In this document: positions 1 through 9,044 of the stretch, one piece after another
How positions within the stretch are numbered: the first letter of the stretch is position 1
Layout of the letters: every line of letters starts with the position of its first letter
Assembly (NCBI GenBank): GCA_016860985.1
Contig: BOKM01000001.1
Span: 527,462-591,461 of the forward strand
Direction: 5' to 3'
From: Patescibacteria group bacterium
GTDB taxonomy: Bacteria; Patescibacteriota; Dojkabacteria; GCA-002793355
DNA: 64,000 nt
The notes under the pieces: model-generated
Database searches by the model: none
Told to the model about the DNA's origin: nothing
Seen by the model: the letters and a program-made list of their open reading frames with translations, nothing else
Program-made: the position numbers and the translations under genes

Positions 1-765
1 GATTGAAATCTTTGGCTTTCCTGGCCCCTTGTCTGCGTCGAGTTCTGGGAGGTCAACGTCATCGACATCGAGCGGTTTTATGTGTGGATTTAACGTGTTT
101 TCAATATCAAGCTCTCTGGAATCGTCGTCTTTTTTATCGCCCTTCTTTAATCCGGTGGTTTCTTTGTTCACAATTTCGGGCTTCATATCAGCTTCTGGAA
201 CCTTTCCTGTTGCTGCTTGGAACAAGGAACCAAAGAGTTTGCCAAAGAAGCCAAATATAGCGGTAAGGATTTCGCCCGCCTGTTCTATGGAAAGTCCGCT
301 AATAATCGACATTGCAAGCAGAACGATGGACCATAAAATTCCAATTTCGGCGGGTCTTCCCAGAAATCCTTGTAGCCATTGATGTAACGACGCTCCGATA
401 GAGCCACCTCCACGTGCTTGTACAGCTTCTGAGTACGAAAGCACCGTATCACCTTGGTCTGCCATTGCAGAAAGTAAGGGGAGTGCAGCAACAAGCAGCA
501 TAATTAGCCCTGTTAGAAATCGTTCACTCGTAATGTATGTTTTTACCCCCACCATTCGTAACCCTACAACTATAGAAATTGCGCCAAGAATATAGGTGGT
601 CTGACCAAAACTCGATTGGATTAACAGTGGAATTGTTCCTGGAAGGGAATTGTTAAAAAAAAGTGAAGCACCAACCGCGACAAAAACAAAGCCTAAAAAC
701 ACCTGAGTTTCGCGACTTTTTATTGTGAGTTCTTTAGATTTTGAGGGGCGTCCTCTTTTTGCCAT
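1..765 (-). CDS. ftsK: DNA translocase FtsK/SpoIIIE, N-terminal membrane domain (partial, runs off window start)
   Basis: Not in the ORF track. Manual translation from ATG at 765 gives MAKRGRPSKSKE..., about four hydrophobic segments, a GGGSIG motif typical of the FtsK 4TM region, then an acidic linker. The motor domain is outside the window. Confidence 0.75.
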   Translation of the reverse strand, partial: MAKRGRPSKSKELTIKSRETQVFLGFVFVAVGASLFFNNSLPGTIPLLIQSSFGQTTYILGAISIVVGLRMVGVKTYITSERFLTGLIMLLVAALPLLSAMADQGDTVLSYSEAVQARGGGSIGASLHQWLQGFLGRPAEIGILWSIVLLAMSIISGLSIEQAGEILTAIFGFFGKLFGSLFQAATGKVPEADMKPEIVNKETTGLKKGDKKDDDSRELDIENTLNPHIKPLDVDDVDLPELDADKGPGKPKISI

Positions 766-835
766 AACCCGTCATTATACACGATTTTCACTCAAAAACT
801 GCTAAAACTGTTGGGTGGAATGCTACAATAACAAC

Positions 836-1750
836 ATGAACGAAACATACGATCTTGCAATTGTAGGAATGGGGTTTGCTGGTTATACCGGCGGTATTTA
901 TGCAGCCCGCTATGGATTAAAAACGGTAATAATTGGAGACGTATTTGGAGGACAAACAGCAGAAGCACATATTATTGGAAATTATCCCGGATTCGAAGAG
1001 ATCACAGGAATGGAACTTATGCAGAGAGTACAAGCACAAACGCTAAAACTCGGAGTGACCGAAATATATGAGAGGGTTAATCACGTAAAAGTGCACGGTA
1101 ACGACACTGGTTTTGAGTTAGAGCTTGCAAATGGAAAAACCGTCACAACAAAGAAAGTACTCCTTACAATCGGTATGAACAGAAGAAAACTTAATGTACC
1201 CGGGGAGTCAGAATTTTATGGAAAGGGAGTAACCTATTGCGCAACTTGCGACGGTTATTTCTTTAAAGGAAAAGACGTAGCGGTCATCGGTGGCGGAGAT
1301 TCTGCCGTTACTGCAGCCCTTTATCTTGCAGATATCTGTAATTCAGTCCAACTCCTTGTAAGAAGTGACCAATTAAGAGCCGAACAATACTGGATTAACA
1401 AACTTGAACAAAACAAAAAAATTACGGTTCGATTCAACTCTGGAATAGAAAAGTTTACAGGTGGAGAAACACTGGAAACGATTCACACAACAAACACTGA
1501 GAATCCCGAAATTCACGTAAGTGGGGCCTTTATTGAGATTGGGCACGCACCAAATAAAACCTTTACAGAAGCAATTGGAATAACGACAGATGAGCATGGG
1601 TTTATCATTGTAGACAAAAATCAACAAACCTCACAAAAAGGGATTTTCGCGGCCGGAGATAGCACAAACGCCTCGAACAAGTTCGCTCAGCTCCTCACCG
1701 CGGCCTCAGAAGCTGCCATTGCAGTAGAAGCAATAACAAAAGGAGAGTAG
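836..1750 (+). CDS. trxB: Thioredoxin-disulfide reductase
   Basis: FAD-binding GxGxxG, CATC redox motif (YCATCDG), NADPH motif GGGDSA, C-terminal GIFAAGD. Start placed at ATG 836, 6 nt after TACAAT. Confidence 0.95.
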   Translation: MNETYDLAIVGMGFAGYTGGIYAARYGLKTVIIGDVFGGQTAEAHIIGNYPGFEEITGMELMQRVQAQTLKLGVTEIYERVNHVKVHGNDTGFELELANGKTVTTKKVLLTIGMNRRKLNVPGESEFYGKGVTYCATCDGYFFKGKDVAVIGGGDSAVTAALYLADICNSVQLLVRSDQLRAEQYWINKLEQNKKITVRFNSGIEKFTGGETLETIHTTNTENPEIHVSGAFIEIGHAPNKTFTEAIGITTDEHGFIIVDKNQQTSQKGIFAAGDSTNASNKFAQLLTAASEAAIAVEAITKGE

Positions 1751-1976
1751 TGCACTCTTAAATTCCAATTCAATTTTAGTGTTTATTTTCCACCTGTTCT
1801 TATTATCTTTCTTTTTTATGCTTGCCAGATCAATATTGTCACACAATCATTTCACGGAGGTGGACAATTTAAGAACAAGTCGTCGCCACAAAGTATGTTC
1901 CATGTTGATTTCACAGAAACAGATAGTTGTGGATACAGAGCAGCTTCCAAAACTGCCTTAAAATAGAAGAGTCTCG

Positions 1977-3293
1977 CTATTTGGTAAACAATGTCCGAAA
2001 CACGAACTTGAAATCTTTAAGCACTCTATCACGCTGTCGCTTACGGATATGCTTTTGTTGGTCAAAAAACATTCTGTAAATCCACGCAAGATGAAGTTTA
2101 TCAATCAGACTTGGCTCCTTCTTTTGAAAGCCTGCAATTAGTTCAATAGCACGACCAATACAAAAGGCGATTCCAAAATTAACTCCAAGCTTCTTAAGTC
2201 TGTGCACAAAAATCTCTTGTGTAGGAACCGTCATACCAGCAAAAATAATATCCGGCTTTTTCTCGTTAATATCTGCGACAATTGCGTCCATTATTTCTTT
2301 ATTCTCCAAGAAGCCAAACGGTGGAGTGCTAATTCCTACAAAATTCTCCTTCATGTGAGGATAAATCGACAAAAAATAATCACGTGTTTTATACGGTACA
2401 TTACCAAAACCACCCACAATATAGATAGTGTAGGGCAGTGCCTCATTTCCAATGGTATTAATTAGCTGCATAAATAGGTCGACTCCCGTGACTTGTTCGG
2501 CAGGTTGATAGCCAAGTGATGCCTTGCCAAACATCACAAGTGGCGGGTAACCGTCGGCCGTGTGCAAAAAGGAGTCTTTGTACACTTGCTTAAACTCCTC
2601 GTGTTCGATATCAAAAAGAAATCGCAAGTGATCAAGATTTGGGGTAACAAGAATTTTTGCCGGAACCTTTGCAATGTCCCTCTTTGCAACATATCTTTCG
2701 CGAAGACTCTCCAAAATTATAGAAAGCACCTCTTTTTTGGTACCTGGGAATACATTAAGCAACTGAGATCGAAACAACGGAAAAGGATAACTTACCCCAG
2801 ATGTTCCTCTTTTTTTGTAGAATAATCCCCAAAACACTTCTTTCGTAATACCCGCGAGTCGACGCCATAAAGGCAACTCTTTATCTGTTTCTTTCCACAA
2901 GGCCTTAAACTCTGCTTTTTCTTGCTCGCTCCCACCTCGAATTCCTGTGGTTCCATCATTTAACACCACAACCTTATCCAAGGAATCTTTCGAAAAAAGC
3001 AAAACCTCTGGCTCATTTAGCAATTGCATCGTTTTTCGCTCTTGCGTCGTTTCTGGGATTCTTACGAAAACATGCTCTTCCACAACTAACTGAGGATAAT
3101 CTCTTACATTCACTTTTGCCTGAAGTGCGAGCGTGTAAGGAGAAAGTGCTTCCGACTGCAATAATCGTTGCGCGTGCTTTGTAACAACAGCAATGCGAAA
3201 CAGTTCATCCAAGCGATTAGGGTTTACTCTTAATACGGGGATCCCATCAAGCGTTTGTGGAAGATTGTTTAAAGTCAAAACGGACATACTCAT
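1977..3293 (-). CDS. WecB/TagA/CpsF family glycosyltransferase with long N-terminal extension
   Basis: C-terminal part has VTPNLDH, ADGYP, VTGVDL, PPFG, PDIIFAGMTVPTQE and LAWIYRM motifs of TagA/WecG. Confidence 0.8.
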   Translation of the reverse strand: MSMSVLTLNNLPQTLDGIPVLRVNPNRLDELFRIAVVTKHAQRLLQSEALSPYTLALQAKVNVRDYPQLVVEEHVFVRIPETTQERKTMQLLNEPEVLLFSKDSLDKVVVLNDGTTGIRGGSEQEKAEFKALWKETDKELPLWRRLAGITKEVFWGLFYKKRGTSGVSYPFPLFRSQLLNVFPGTKKEVLSIILESLRERYVAKRDIAKVPAKILVTPNLDHLRFLFDIEHEEFKQVYKDSFLHTADGYPPLVMFGKASLGYQPAEQVTGVDLFMQLINTIGNEALPYTIYIVGGFGNVPYKTRDYFLSIYPHMKENFVGISTPPFGFLENKEIMDAIVADINEKKPDIIFAGMTVPTQEIFVHRLKKLGVNFGIAFCIGRAIELIAGFQKKEPSLIDKLHLAWIYRMFFDQQKHIRKRQRDRVLKDFKFVFRTLFTK

Positions 3294-3310
3294 ACGCTAT
3301 TGTACCTCGC

Positions 3311-5161
3311 TTATGTGTGTTTCTCAATTTTCTTTAATTCACTCATGTACAGCGAAAGATCCGCTTGTAGTTTTTCTATTGCTTCTTCGTTCTGAGCCGC
3401 TTCGGCTGTTGATAATTCTTTACGTAACACTTCCAGTTTCAGTGCAATAGATTGTCTCTTTAGCCGAGTCCACGCTCTAAAAAAGTCTGTCACAACGTCA
3501 TCGGAAATTACAATATTTGCGGAGGAATCTGAAAGTCCGATTCGTTCAATCAACTCTGCTGCTTCAGGCTTTTTTTCTGATATTTCTGCAATCCAGCGAG
3601 AGAAATCAAGTGACACCTCATTTGCAAAGCGCGAATAAATGGTGTCCCACGATACCGTTACGCGTCTTTCTTTTTTGTCATAGACACTTTTGACTAAGTG
3701 TTCATGTTTTTTAGCGAAAAAACAGAGTTCCAAAAAGAGTTCTCGTTGTTCTTTAATGATAAAATAATTCTGAATTTTCTCAGGCTTTCCCATGAGTAGC
3801 GTCACCATAGGAAAGAGTAGAACAAGGCTTAACAAATATTCAGAGGTAGAAAGAACACCTTGCTTTTGCTTCATTTCTTCTCTTACGAATGTCGGGGGTA
3901 ATGTTTTTTGGATTGCAGCAAGAATACCCTGAAAAGAAAGTCCAAGTGCTTCGGCATATTGTTTCGCAACAATATTTTGTTTTAGTTCTGGGGCATGCCC
4001 AAGGAGCTCTGTTATTTGATGAAGGTTTCGCTCAAATTCCTGCACATCTTTTTTCATCAATCCTTTTAAGGTGGCTATCTGTGACTGAAAGTATTCTTGG
4101 GGATGAGAAGCACGGTCTAGCCAATCGTCTGGTCTTTTTTGAATTAAATCGTCAATATCTTTTACATCTGGTGGTAGCGACACAATATAAACAGATAAAT
4201 CCTGTGCTACCGCAAGCTGAACACCTCGAAGCACAGACTTTTGCCCTGCTTGATCATTGTCAAAACAAAACGCGATGTTCTTCGTATAACGTGACAAAAG
4301 TGAAATTTGAGTATCGGTCAGTCCTGTACCAAGGGGAGCAACTACATGTTCAACACCTACTTGATGCGAAGTAATCGCGTCTAGTTGCCCTTCGCAAATA
4401 ATTGCCATATCTTTTTTACTTATCGCGTCTTTGGCAAAATTGAGTCCAAACAACGTAAAGCGTTTTTTAAATAGAATACTTTCTGCAGAATTGAGGTATT
4501 TAGGGCGAATATCTTCTTTTTGAATAACTCTGCCGCTAAATCCTACCACTTGCCCACCAGTATCGAAGATCGGGAACATTAATCTGTCGGTGTACTTGTC
4601 GTTGCCGCGTTCATTAACAAAGCCTGCCTCTTTTATCTCTAGTGCTGAAAACCCTTTTTTGGATAGATATCGCTGAACCAATTTGTTGTCGAACGGAGCA
4701 TATCCAATTTTATACTTCGCGATAGTTGCCTCTGTAAGCTTCCTTTTGTTTTTTGCGTAAGAGAGAGCGTTTTTACCTTGTTCAAGATTCATCAAAATAT
4801 AATGATACAACTCTGCAATAATTTTATACGCTTCTCTGTATCGGGAAACTTTTTTTATTGCCGGATCTTCATTCTTTTGTAGCGTAATGCCCACTTCTTC
4901 GGCAAGTTTTTCAAGTGCCTGCGGAAACTCAAGATGCTCGATTTCTTGAACGAATTTGATTGCATCACCCGACTTGCCACAACCAAAACACTTAAATATT
5001 CCGAGAGAAGGATTAACATTAAAGGATGGCGTCTTTTCCCCATGAAACGGACAGAGACCAGTATAATTTCGACCTGCCTTCTTTAATTTGACGTAACGAG
5101 AAACTACCGCAACAATGTCGACTCTCGCTTTTACTTCTTGTATATCGCCGTTTGTACTCAT
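3311..5161 (-). CDS. dnaG: DNA primase
   Basis: CHC2 zinc finger (CPFHGEKTPSF, CFGCG), PKYLNS, Toprim EGxxD and FDNDQAG. Confidence 0.97.
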   Translation of the reverse strand: MSTNGDIQEVKARVDIVAVVSRYVKLKKAGRNYTGLCPFHGEKTPSFNVNPSLGIFKCFGCGKSGDAIKFVQEIEHLEFPQALEKLAEEVGITLQKNEDPAIKKVSRYREAYKIIAELYHYILMNLEQGKNALSYAKNKRKLTEATIAKYKIGYAPFDNKLVQRYLSKKGFSALEIKEAGFVNERGNDKYTDRLMFPIFDTGGQVVGFSGRVIQKEDIRPKYLNSAESILFKKRFTLFGLNFAKDAISKKDMAIICEGQLDAITSHQVGVEHVVAPLGTGLTDTQISLLSRYTKNIAFCFDNDQAGQKSVLRGVQLAVAQDLSVYIVSLPPDVKDIDDLIQKRPDDWLDRASHPQEYFQSQIATLKGLMKKDVQEFERNLHQITELLGHAPELKQNIVAKQYAEALGLSFQGILAAIQKTLPPTFVREEMKQKQGVLSTSEYLLSLVLLFPMVTLLMGKPEKIQNYFIIKEQRELFLELCFFAKKHEHLVKSVYDKKERRVTVSWDTIYSRFANEVSLDFSRWIAEISEKKPEAAELIERIGLSDSSANIVISDDVVTDFFRAWTRLKRQSIALKLEVLRKELSTAEAAQNEEAIEKLQADLSLYMSELKKIEKHT

Positions 5162-5200
5162 AGCTAATAAAAAATGGGGGTAGTGGTCAATTATACAAGA

Positions 5201-5551
5201 TTACAGCAATGCTTTCTGCAAAGCGGTAACAGCGAGCAAAGCGCAAGGAGCTCGTCTGTCTTCGCTACTCATTCCAAATTCGTCAAGAAGTTCCTTTTTT
5301 AAATCCTCAAAATGGCAATCAGCAACAAACTGGCCTTCTATTCGTCTAGAGAGATATTCTGCCGCAGCAATGGTAATTGAACAAGCCTGTACAGAGTATT
5401 GAGCCTCAATAATTCGCTCATTTACTACCTGCACAAGAAAAGCGATCTCATCCCCACATGACTTGTTTGAAGTCAATTGCTCCTCTGACAATGCTCGTTG
5501 GTTTCTATGTAATTGCTCGCGGTAATAAACGAGAATTGTCTGATTGTTCAT
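5201..5551 (-). CDS. SufU/IscU (NifU-N) family Fe-S scaffold-like protein
   Basis: NKSCGDEI, ACSITIAAA and RRAPCALL keep the three Cys plus Asp of SufU/IscU. Confidence 0.75.
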   Translation of the reverse strand: MNNQTILVYYREQLHRNQRALSEEQLTSNKSCGDEIAFLVQVVNERIIEAQYSVQACSITIAAAEYLSRRIEGQFVADCHFEDLKKELLDEFGMSSEDRRAPCALLAVTALQKALL

Positions 5552-5579
5552 TAGCAATTATACCTTGATTGCAAAAACG

Positions 5580-6182
5580 TCACTCATTCCAGTAAAACGC
5601 ATATTGCGTCCCTTTTTTAGGATAGCTTATTGCAGGTGCTAAATCAGTATCTAATTCGAGAATTAAAGGGTCTACACTTGCAACCTTGAATACTATAGAA
5701 GCGGGAAGCTTTGTGCCATAGCCACTTGTCGAATAATTCAATGTTATATAACCGCCAGTAATATAATCTTCGCTCTTAGTGTATTTCTCAACAAAAGTTC
5801 CTTCTAGTATTACCCCCATGCCATCCCTCTCGTACAAATCTAGAATAAATGATTTTGTTTCACTATTTAAACGGAGGGTGTAGTCTTCAAAAGAATTAAG
5901 TAATTTACCAGTTTCCGACTTCAACTCTCTGATATTTCGATATACCTCGGTTTTGTAATTTTCTGGATAACTCCCGTCTTGAGAGATATCCATCCCATAT
6001 CTTCCATACGAACACACGGGTGTTGACTGTTTAGTCTTCGATGCTTCTAATTCCGACTCTAGGTAACCAATGGCAACTCTTTTTTGGTCTAATTCTATTT
6101 GCAATGTATAAATCTGCCAACACAACACTGCCAAAGCAATAAGTACCGTCATAAATACACCGGAAGGTATGTCTTTTTTCAT
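5580..6182 (-). CDS. Hypothetical membrane-anchored protein
   Basis: 200 aa ORF with N-terminal TM helix, short coiled coil and beta-rich domain. TAAAAT lies 5 nt upstream of the ATG. Confidence 0.65.
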   Translation of the reverse strand: MKKDIPSGVFMTVLIALAVLCWQIYTLQIELDQKRVAIGYLESELEASKTKQSTPVCSYGRYGMDISQDGSYPENYKTEVYRNIRELKSETGKLLNSFEDYTLRLNSETKSFILDLYERDGMGVILEGTFVEKYTKSEDYITGGYITLNYSTSGYGTKLPASIVFKVASVDPLILELDTDLAPAISYPKKGTQYAFYWNE

Positions 6183-6221
6183 ATACTATTTTACCAGAAT
6201 CAATCGTTGTTTCCAGGAGGT

Positions 6222-6340
6222 AGGGGATTCGGTCACCTCGTGGAAATTTTGTTCTCTTTGCTTCAAAACATCACGCGCCTCGACCCCCGGTTCTTTCGAC
6301 AACAAATTATTGTTGTCTCACTCCCGTTTCGAATCCCTCT
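6222..6340 (-). ncRNA. Putative structured RNA element downstream of tRNA-Ser
   Basis: Closing stem GGGATTCG/CGAATCCC, perfect 8-bp hairpin GACAACAA-TAAT-TTGTTGTC, second arm GGTC/GACC, CGTG/CACG, TTTTG/CAAAA. No credible ORF. Confidence 0.5.
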
Positions 6341-6484
6341 GTTGAATCTTTATATTTGTACTTTTCTCTCCCTGATCTTTACCGTATTTGTGTTTTTCGG
6401 ATCCTGACTGTAACGAGAAAATACTGTGTGTTTTTGAGTAAGGAGGGAGAGAAAAATACAAATACGGAGAAGGAGGGATTCGAA
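6328..6484. repeat. Imperfect inverted repeat of the tRNA-Ser 3' end plus trailer
   Basis: Reverse complement of 6328-6373 (agggagagaaaagtacaaata...gagggattcgaa) aligns with 6444-6484 (agggagagaaaaatacaaata...gagggattcgaa). 6382-6398 also matches 6451-6467 at 16/17. Confidence 0.75.
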
Positions 6485-6553
6485 CCCTCGATACCCAAAA
6501 AAGGGTATAACGGTTTAGCAAACCGTCGCCTTCAGCCACTCGGCCACCTCTCC
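6465..6553 (-). tRNA. tRNA-Ser(GCT)
   Basis: GGAGAGGTGGCCGAGTGGCTGAAGGC..., anticodon arm ACGGT-TTGCTAA-ACCGT, long variable arm, GGTTCGAATCC, discriminator G, no CCA. Confidence 0.95.
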
Positions 6554-6603
6554 AAACCGCCGAAGCGGAGGGACTTAAACACTATCTATACAAGAAAAGC
6601 CCT

Positions 6604-6972
6604 TTATGCTGACTTTGTTCCAGAAACAGCTTTTTCTGCTTGCTGTTCTGCCCAGTCACCGATTAAAGGTGCCTTCCACATTTCGCCCTGGAAGGCTTTA
6701 ATCAAACCAATAACCCAGAGTACTAAATAGGCAAGAGGAACAATACATGTCCAGGAAAGCACGGTGTTCAAAACAAAACCAACAACACCAAACGCAAGTG
6801 ACTGCCAGGCATGGAATTGAATATACTTGTCCTTTTTGTAGGAGTCTACCAATATAAAAATCAACGAAGAAAGAGGAGCAAAGAACCATGCCAATGCTGC
6901 CATTAAATTGCTGTTACTATCTGAGTTCACTGTCTTTGCTTTTGTCTCTTCTGCTTTTACTACTTCTGCCAT
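6604..6972 (-). CDS. DUF4870/Tic20-like membrane protein
   Basis: NLMAALAW, FHAWQS and AFQGEMWKAPLIG motifs with three TM helices. Confidence 0.75.
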   Translation of the reverse strand: MAEVVKAEETKAKTVNSDSNSNLMAALAWFFAPLSSLIFILVDSYKKDKYIQFHAWQSLAFGVVGFVLNTVLSWTCIVPLAYLVLWVIGLIKAFQGEMWKAPLIGDWAEQQAEKAVSGTKSA

Positions 6973-7010
6973 ATGTATTAATTCAAAATTATCTAATGAT
7001 TATAACACCT

Positions 7011-7346
7011 TTACAGGCCTAGGTCTGTATTGTCGATTCCGAGTACATTTTTTACAATGCCAAGCACGATAAAGGCAACTCCACACACAATCAAGCCAAT
7101 GATTGAGTATTGAATCGCAGCCATACCGTTTTTCACTTTTGCTGGTTCACCTGCACTCATGATGTAATCGAGACCACCTCTGATAAAAAAGAAAGTCGCA
7201 ATAATAGTACAGAGAATGATAAAAAGATTAAAAAAACCTGCAATTCGTTCTGCAGCTGAGCCTGGAGCAACAAAACCTGAAGGAACGGTCGAGTTTCCGA
7301 TAAGATTCGTTGCCTGCCCTAATATTTTGTTTACTGCCATTAACAT
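7011..7346 (-). CDS. VirB2/TrbC-like pilin (CPR T4SS-type pilin)
   Basis: Two hydrophobic helices joined by GLDYIMSAGEPAKVKNG...IIGL. Confidence 0.75.
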   Translation of the reverse strand: MLMAVNKILGQATNLIGNSTVPSGFVAPGSAAERIAGFFNLFIILCTIIATFFFIRGGLDYIMSAGEPAKVKNGMAAIQYSIIGLIVCGVAFIVLGIVKNVLGIDNTDLGL

Positions 7347-7365
7347 ATGTATCCTTTTTAATTAA

Positions 7366-7677
7366 TTATGCTCCGACAATACCTCTATTTACTAACGCTA
7401 ATGCAACAAAGGCAAAAGCGATAATAACCAAACCAATAACGGCGTTTGTCATCATGGCCTGCGCCATTTTCACTTTACCCGGATCTCCGGTACTCATTAT
7501 GTAGGAGTACCCTGCATAAATAAACATCGCAACAAAGAGAATCGAAGCGAGAGGAAGCACAACGGCAAGAACATTATTCACTAAATCCCAAACTGTTGTT
7601 ATTTTGCCCCCTAATGGATCTGTGAGAGAAATGAGAGCTGCTTGTAATGTATTTGTTGGAATCATAGTTATAATCAT
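7366..7677 (-). CDS. VirB2/TrbC-like pilin
   Basis: AGYSYIMSTGDPGKVKMAQAMMTNAVIGL hairpin motif. Confidence 0.8.
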   Translation of the reverse strand: MIITMIPTNTLQAALISLTDPLGGKITTVWDLVNNVLAVVLPLASILFVAMFIYAGYSYIMSTGDPGKVKMAQAMMTNAVIGLVIIAFAFVALALVNRGIVGA

Positions 7678-7681
7678 TAAA

Positions 7682-8017
7682 TTATCCGACTAAATCTGCA
7701 ATACCTAATGCTCCAAGAATTATTCTTACTAACGCAACCGCAAGAAGAATCAATAAAAAGCCCATCAACGCGTTCTGTATTTGATCCTGGGCATCTTGAA
7801 TCCCTTTTGCATCACCTTTACTCGACATCATTTTGTAACCACTAATAGACACAAGAATAACTGCGACGGCTACTCCAAGACTTAAACCGACCGTAGTGAT
7901 TTTATTAACCAAACTATTTGGATCTGCGCCAACAGGGTCGCTACCGTCAATAAGAATCATCGATGGCGCTTGGGCAAGAAGATTGTAGGTTATTTGCTGT
8001 ACGACAGAAAGAGTCAT
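7682..8017 (-). CDS. VirB2/TrbC-like pilin
   Basis: SGYKMMSSKGDAKGIQDAQDQIQNALMG hairpin motif. Confidence 0.75.
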   Translation of the reverse strand: MTLSVVQQITYNLLAQAPSMILIDGSDPVGADPNSLVNKITTVGLSLGVAVAVILVSISGYKMMSSKGDAKGIQDAQDQIQNALMGFLLILLAVALVRIILGALGIADLVG

Positions 8018-8051
8018 AACAAATGTATTATATCAGGAGCGGGGATTACAA

Positions 8052-9044
8052 TCAAAAAGTAATTTCCGACGGCCGAGGGTCACGGAGATCGACAATAATT
8101 TCTTCCGTCGAACTAAACTCATGCCCATTAGTACACACATATCCAGTAGGTTTGCGACTTACCTCAGCGTAACATAGAGGACAACAGAGCGACTCATGCA
8201 ATACAAGCCCCTCATTTTTGTGCACATCGGTTAAAGAAAGAGGTTTTCTCACTACAAAAAAGACGCTCGGCGTAATCTGTGTCCAGCCAAATAATGATTG
8301 GGCAATTTTTTCTAACGAGAGTAGAAGGGTATGCGGAAGATACTTTTTGAATACTTGATGTCTAAAAAAGGAACAAGAATAGCGCCCCTCTAGTTCTAGT
8401 CCAACTTTTTGAGTTAATTTGGCAATATACGAAGGAGAAAAATTGTACATAATCGACACTTGGCCTTCTTTCATTCCTTGTGAGGTTTGTTGGTGTCCAA
8501 CCTGAATAGTGTTAACCTTTAAATACTGCAGAAGCTTGAATTTAAAGGCATGTCGAACGAGTGCAAGTATATGGTTCTTATTCGCAAATTCAATAATGGC
8601 AACTCCCCCAGGAGATAACGTTCGAGCAAGTTCTTCCCAAAACAATTCAATGTTTTTAAGATGATGCATAACGCGAACAGAAAGTAATGCTTGCAACGAG
8701 TTATTTTTATAAGGGAGCTTGTACGCGTTAAGTGCAACGAAAGAGAATTTTTTTTGCTCCGGAAGGGCTGAGATTCTTTTGATTCCTTCTTTTAATTCCG
8801 ATGTCGAATAATCTGCAAGAATAACGCCTTTTGCATCCTTTTCGTAGAGAAAAGAGAGTCGACCATAGGCACCACCTAGATCCATTATTTGTCTGTCTGC
8901 AAGGTCAGGTATGTGTTTTTTTAGTAGTTTTTTCAAAAGTAATACTTCTGACTCATGCTCGTACTGCCTGCCTTTCCAGAATTCTTGATACCGATAGTCA
9001 TTTAACTCGTAATTGGCTACAAAATCTTTAGATTCACTGTTCAT
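8052..9044 (-). CDS. Class I SAM-dependent methyltransferase with C-terminal zinc finger
   Basis: MDLGGAYG, RVMHHL, LSPGG; C-terminal CPLC-x11-C-x3-H. Confidence 0.85.
   Translation of the reverse strand: MNSESKDFVANYELNDYRYQEFWKGRQYEHESEVLLLKKLLKKHIPDLADRQIMDLGGAYGRLSFLYEKDAKGVILADYSTSELKEGIKRISALPEQKKFSFVALNAYKLPYKNNSLQALLSVRVMHHLKNIELFWEELARTLSPGGVAIIEFANKNHILALVRHAFKFKLLQYLKVNTIQVGHQQTSQGMKEGQVSIMYNFSPSYIAKLTQKVGLELEGRYSCSFFRHQVFKKYLPHTLLLSLEKIAQSLFGWTQITPSVFFVVRKPLSLTDVHKNEGLVLHESLCCPLCYAEVSRKPTGYVCTNGHEFSSTEEIIVDLRDPRPSEITF

Noticed and set aside
3-494. Short ORFs 3-260, 29-382 and 285-494, and similar antisense or nested ORFs across the window
   Set aside because: They are shadows of longer genes with clear motifs (here the ftsK frame).
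6099-6730. ORFs 6099-6407, 6318-6539 and 6356-6730
   Set aside because: They overlap tRNA-Ser, the structured element or real genes on the other strand, and have no recognisable motifs.
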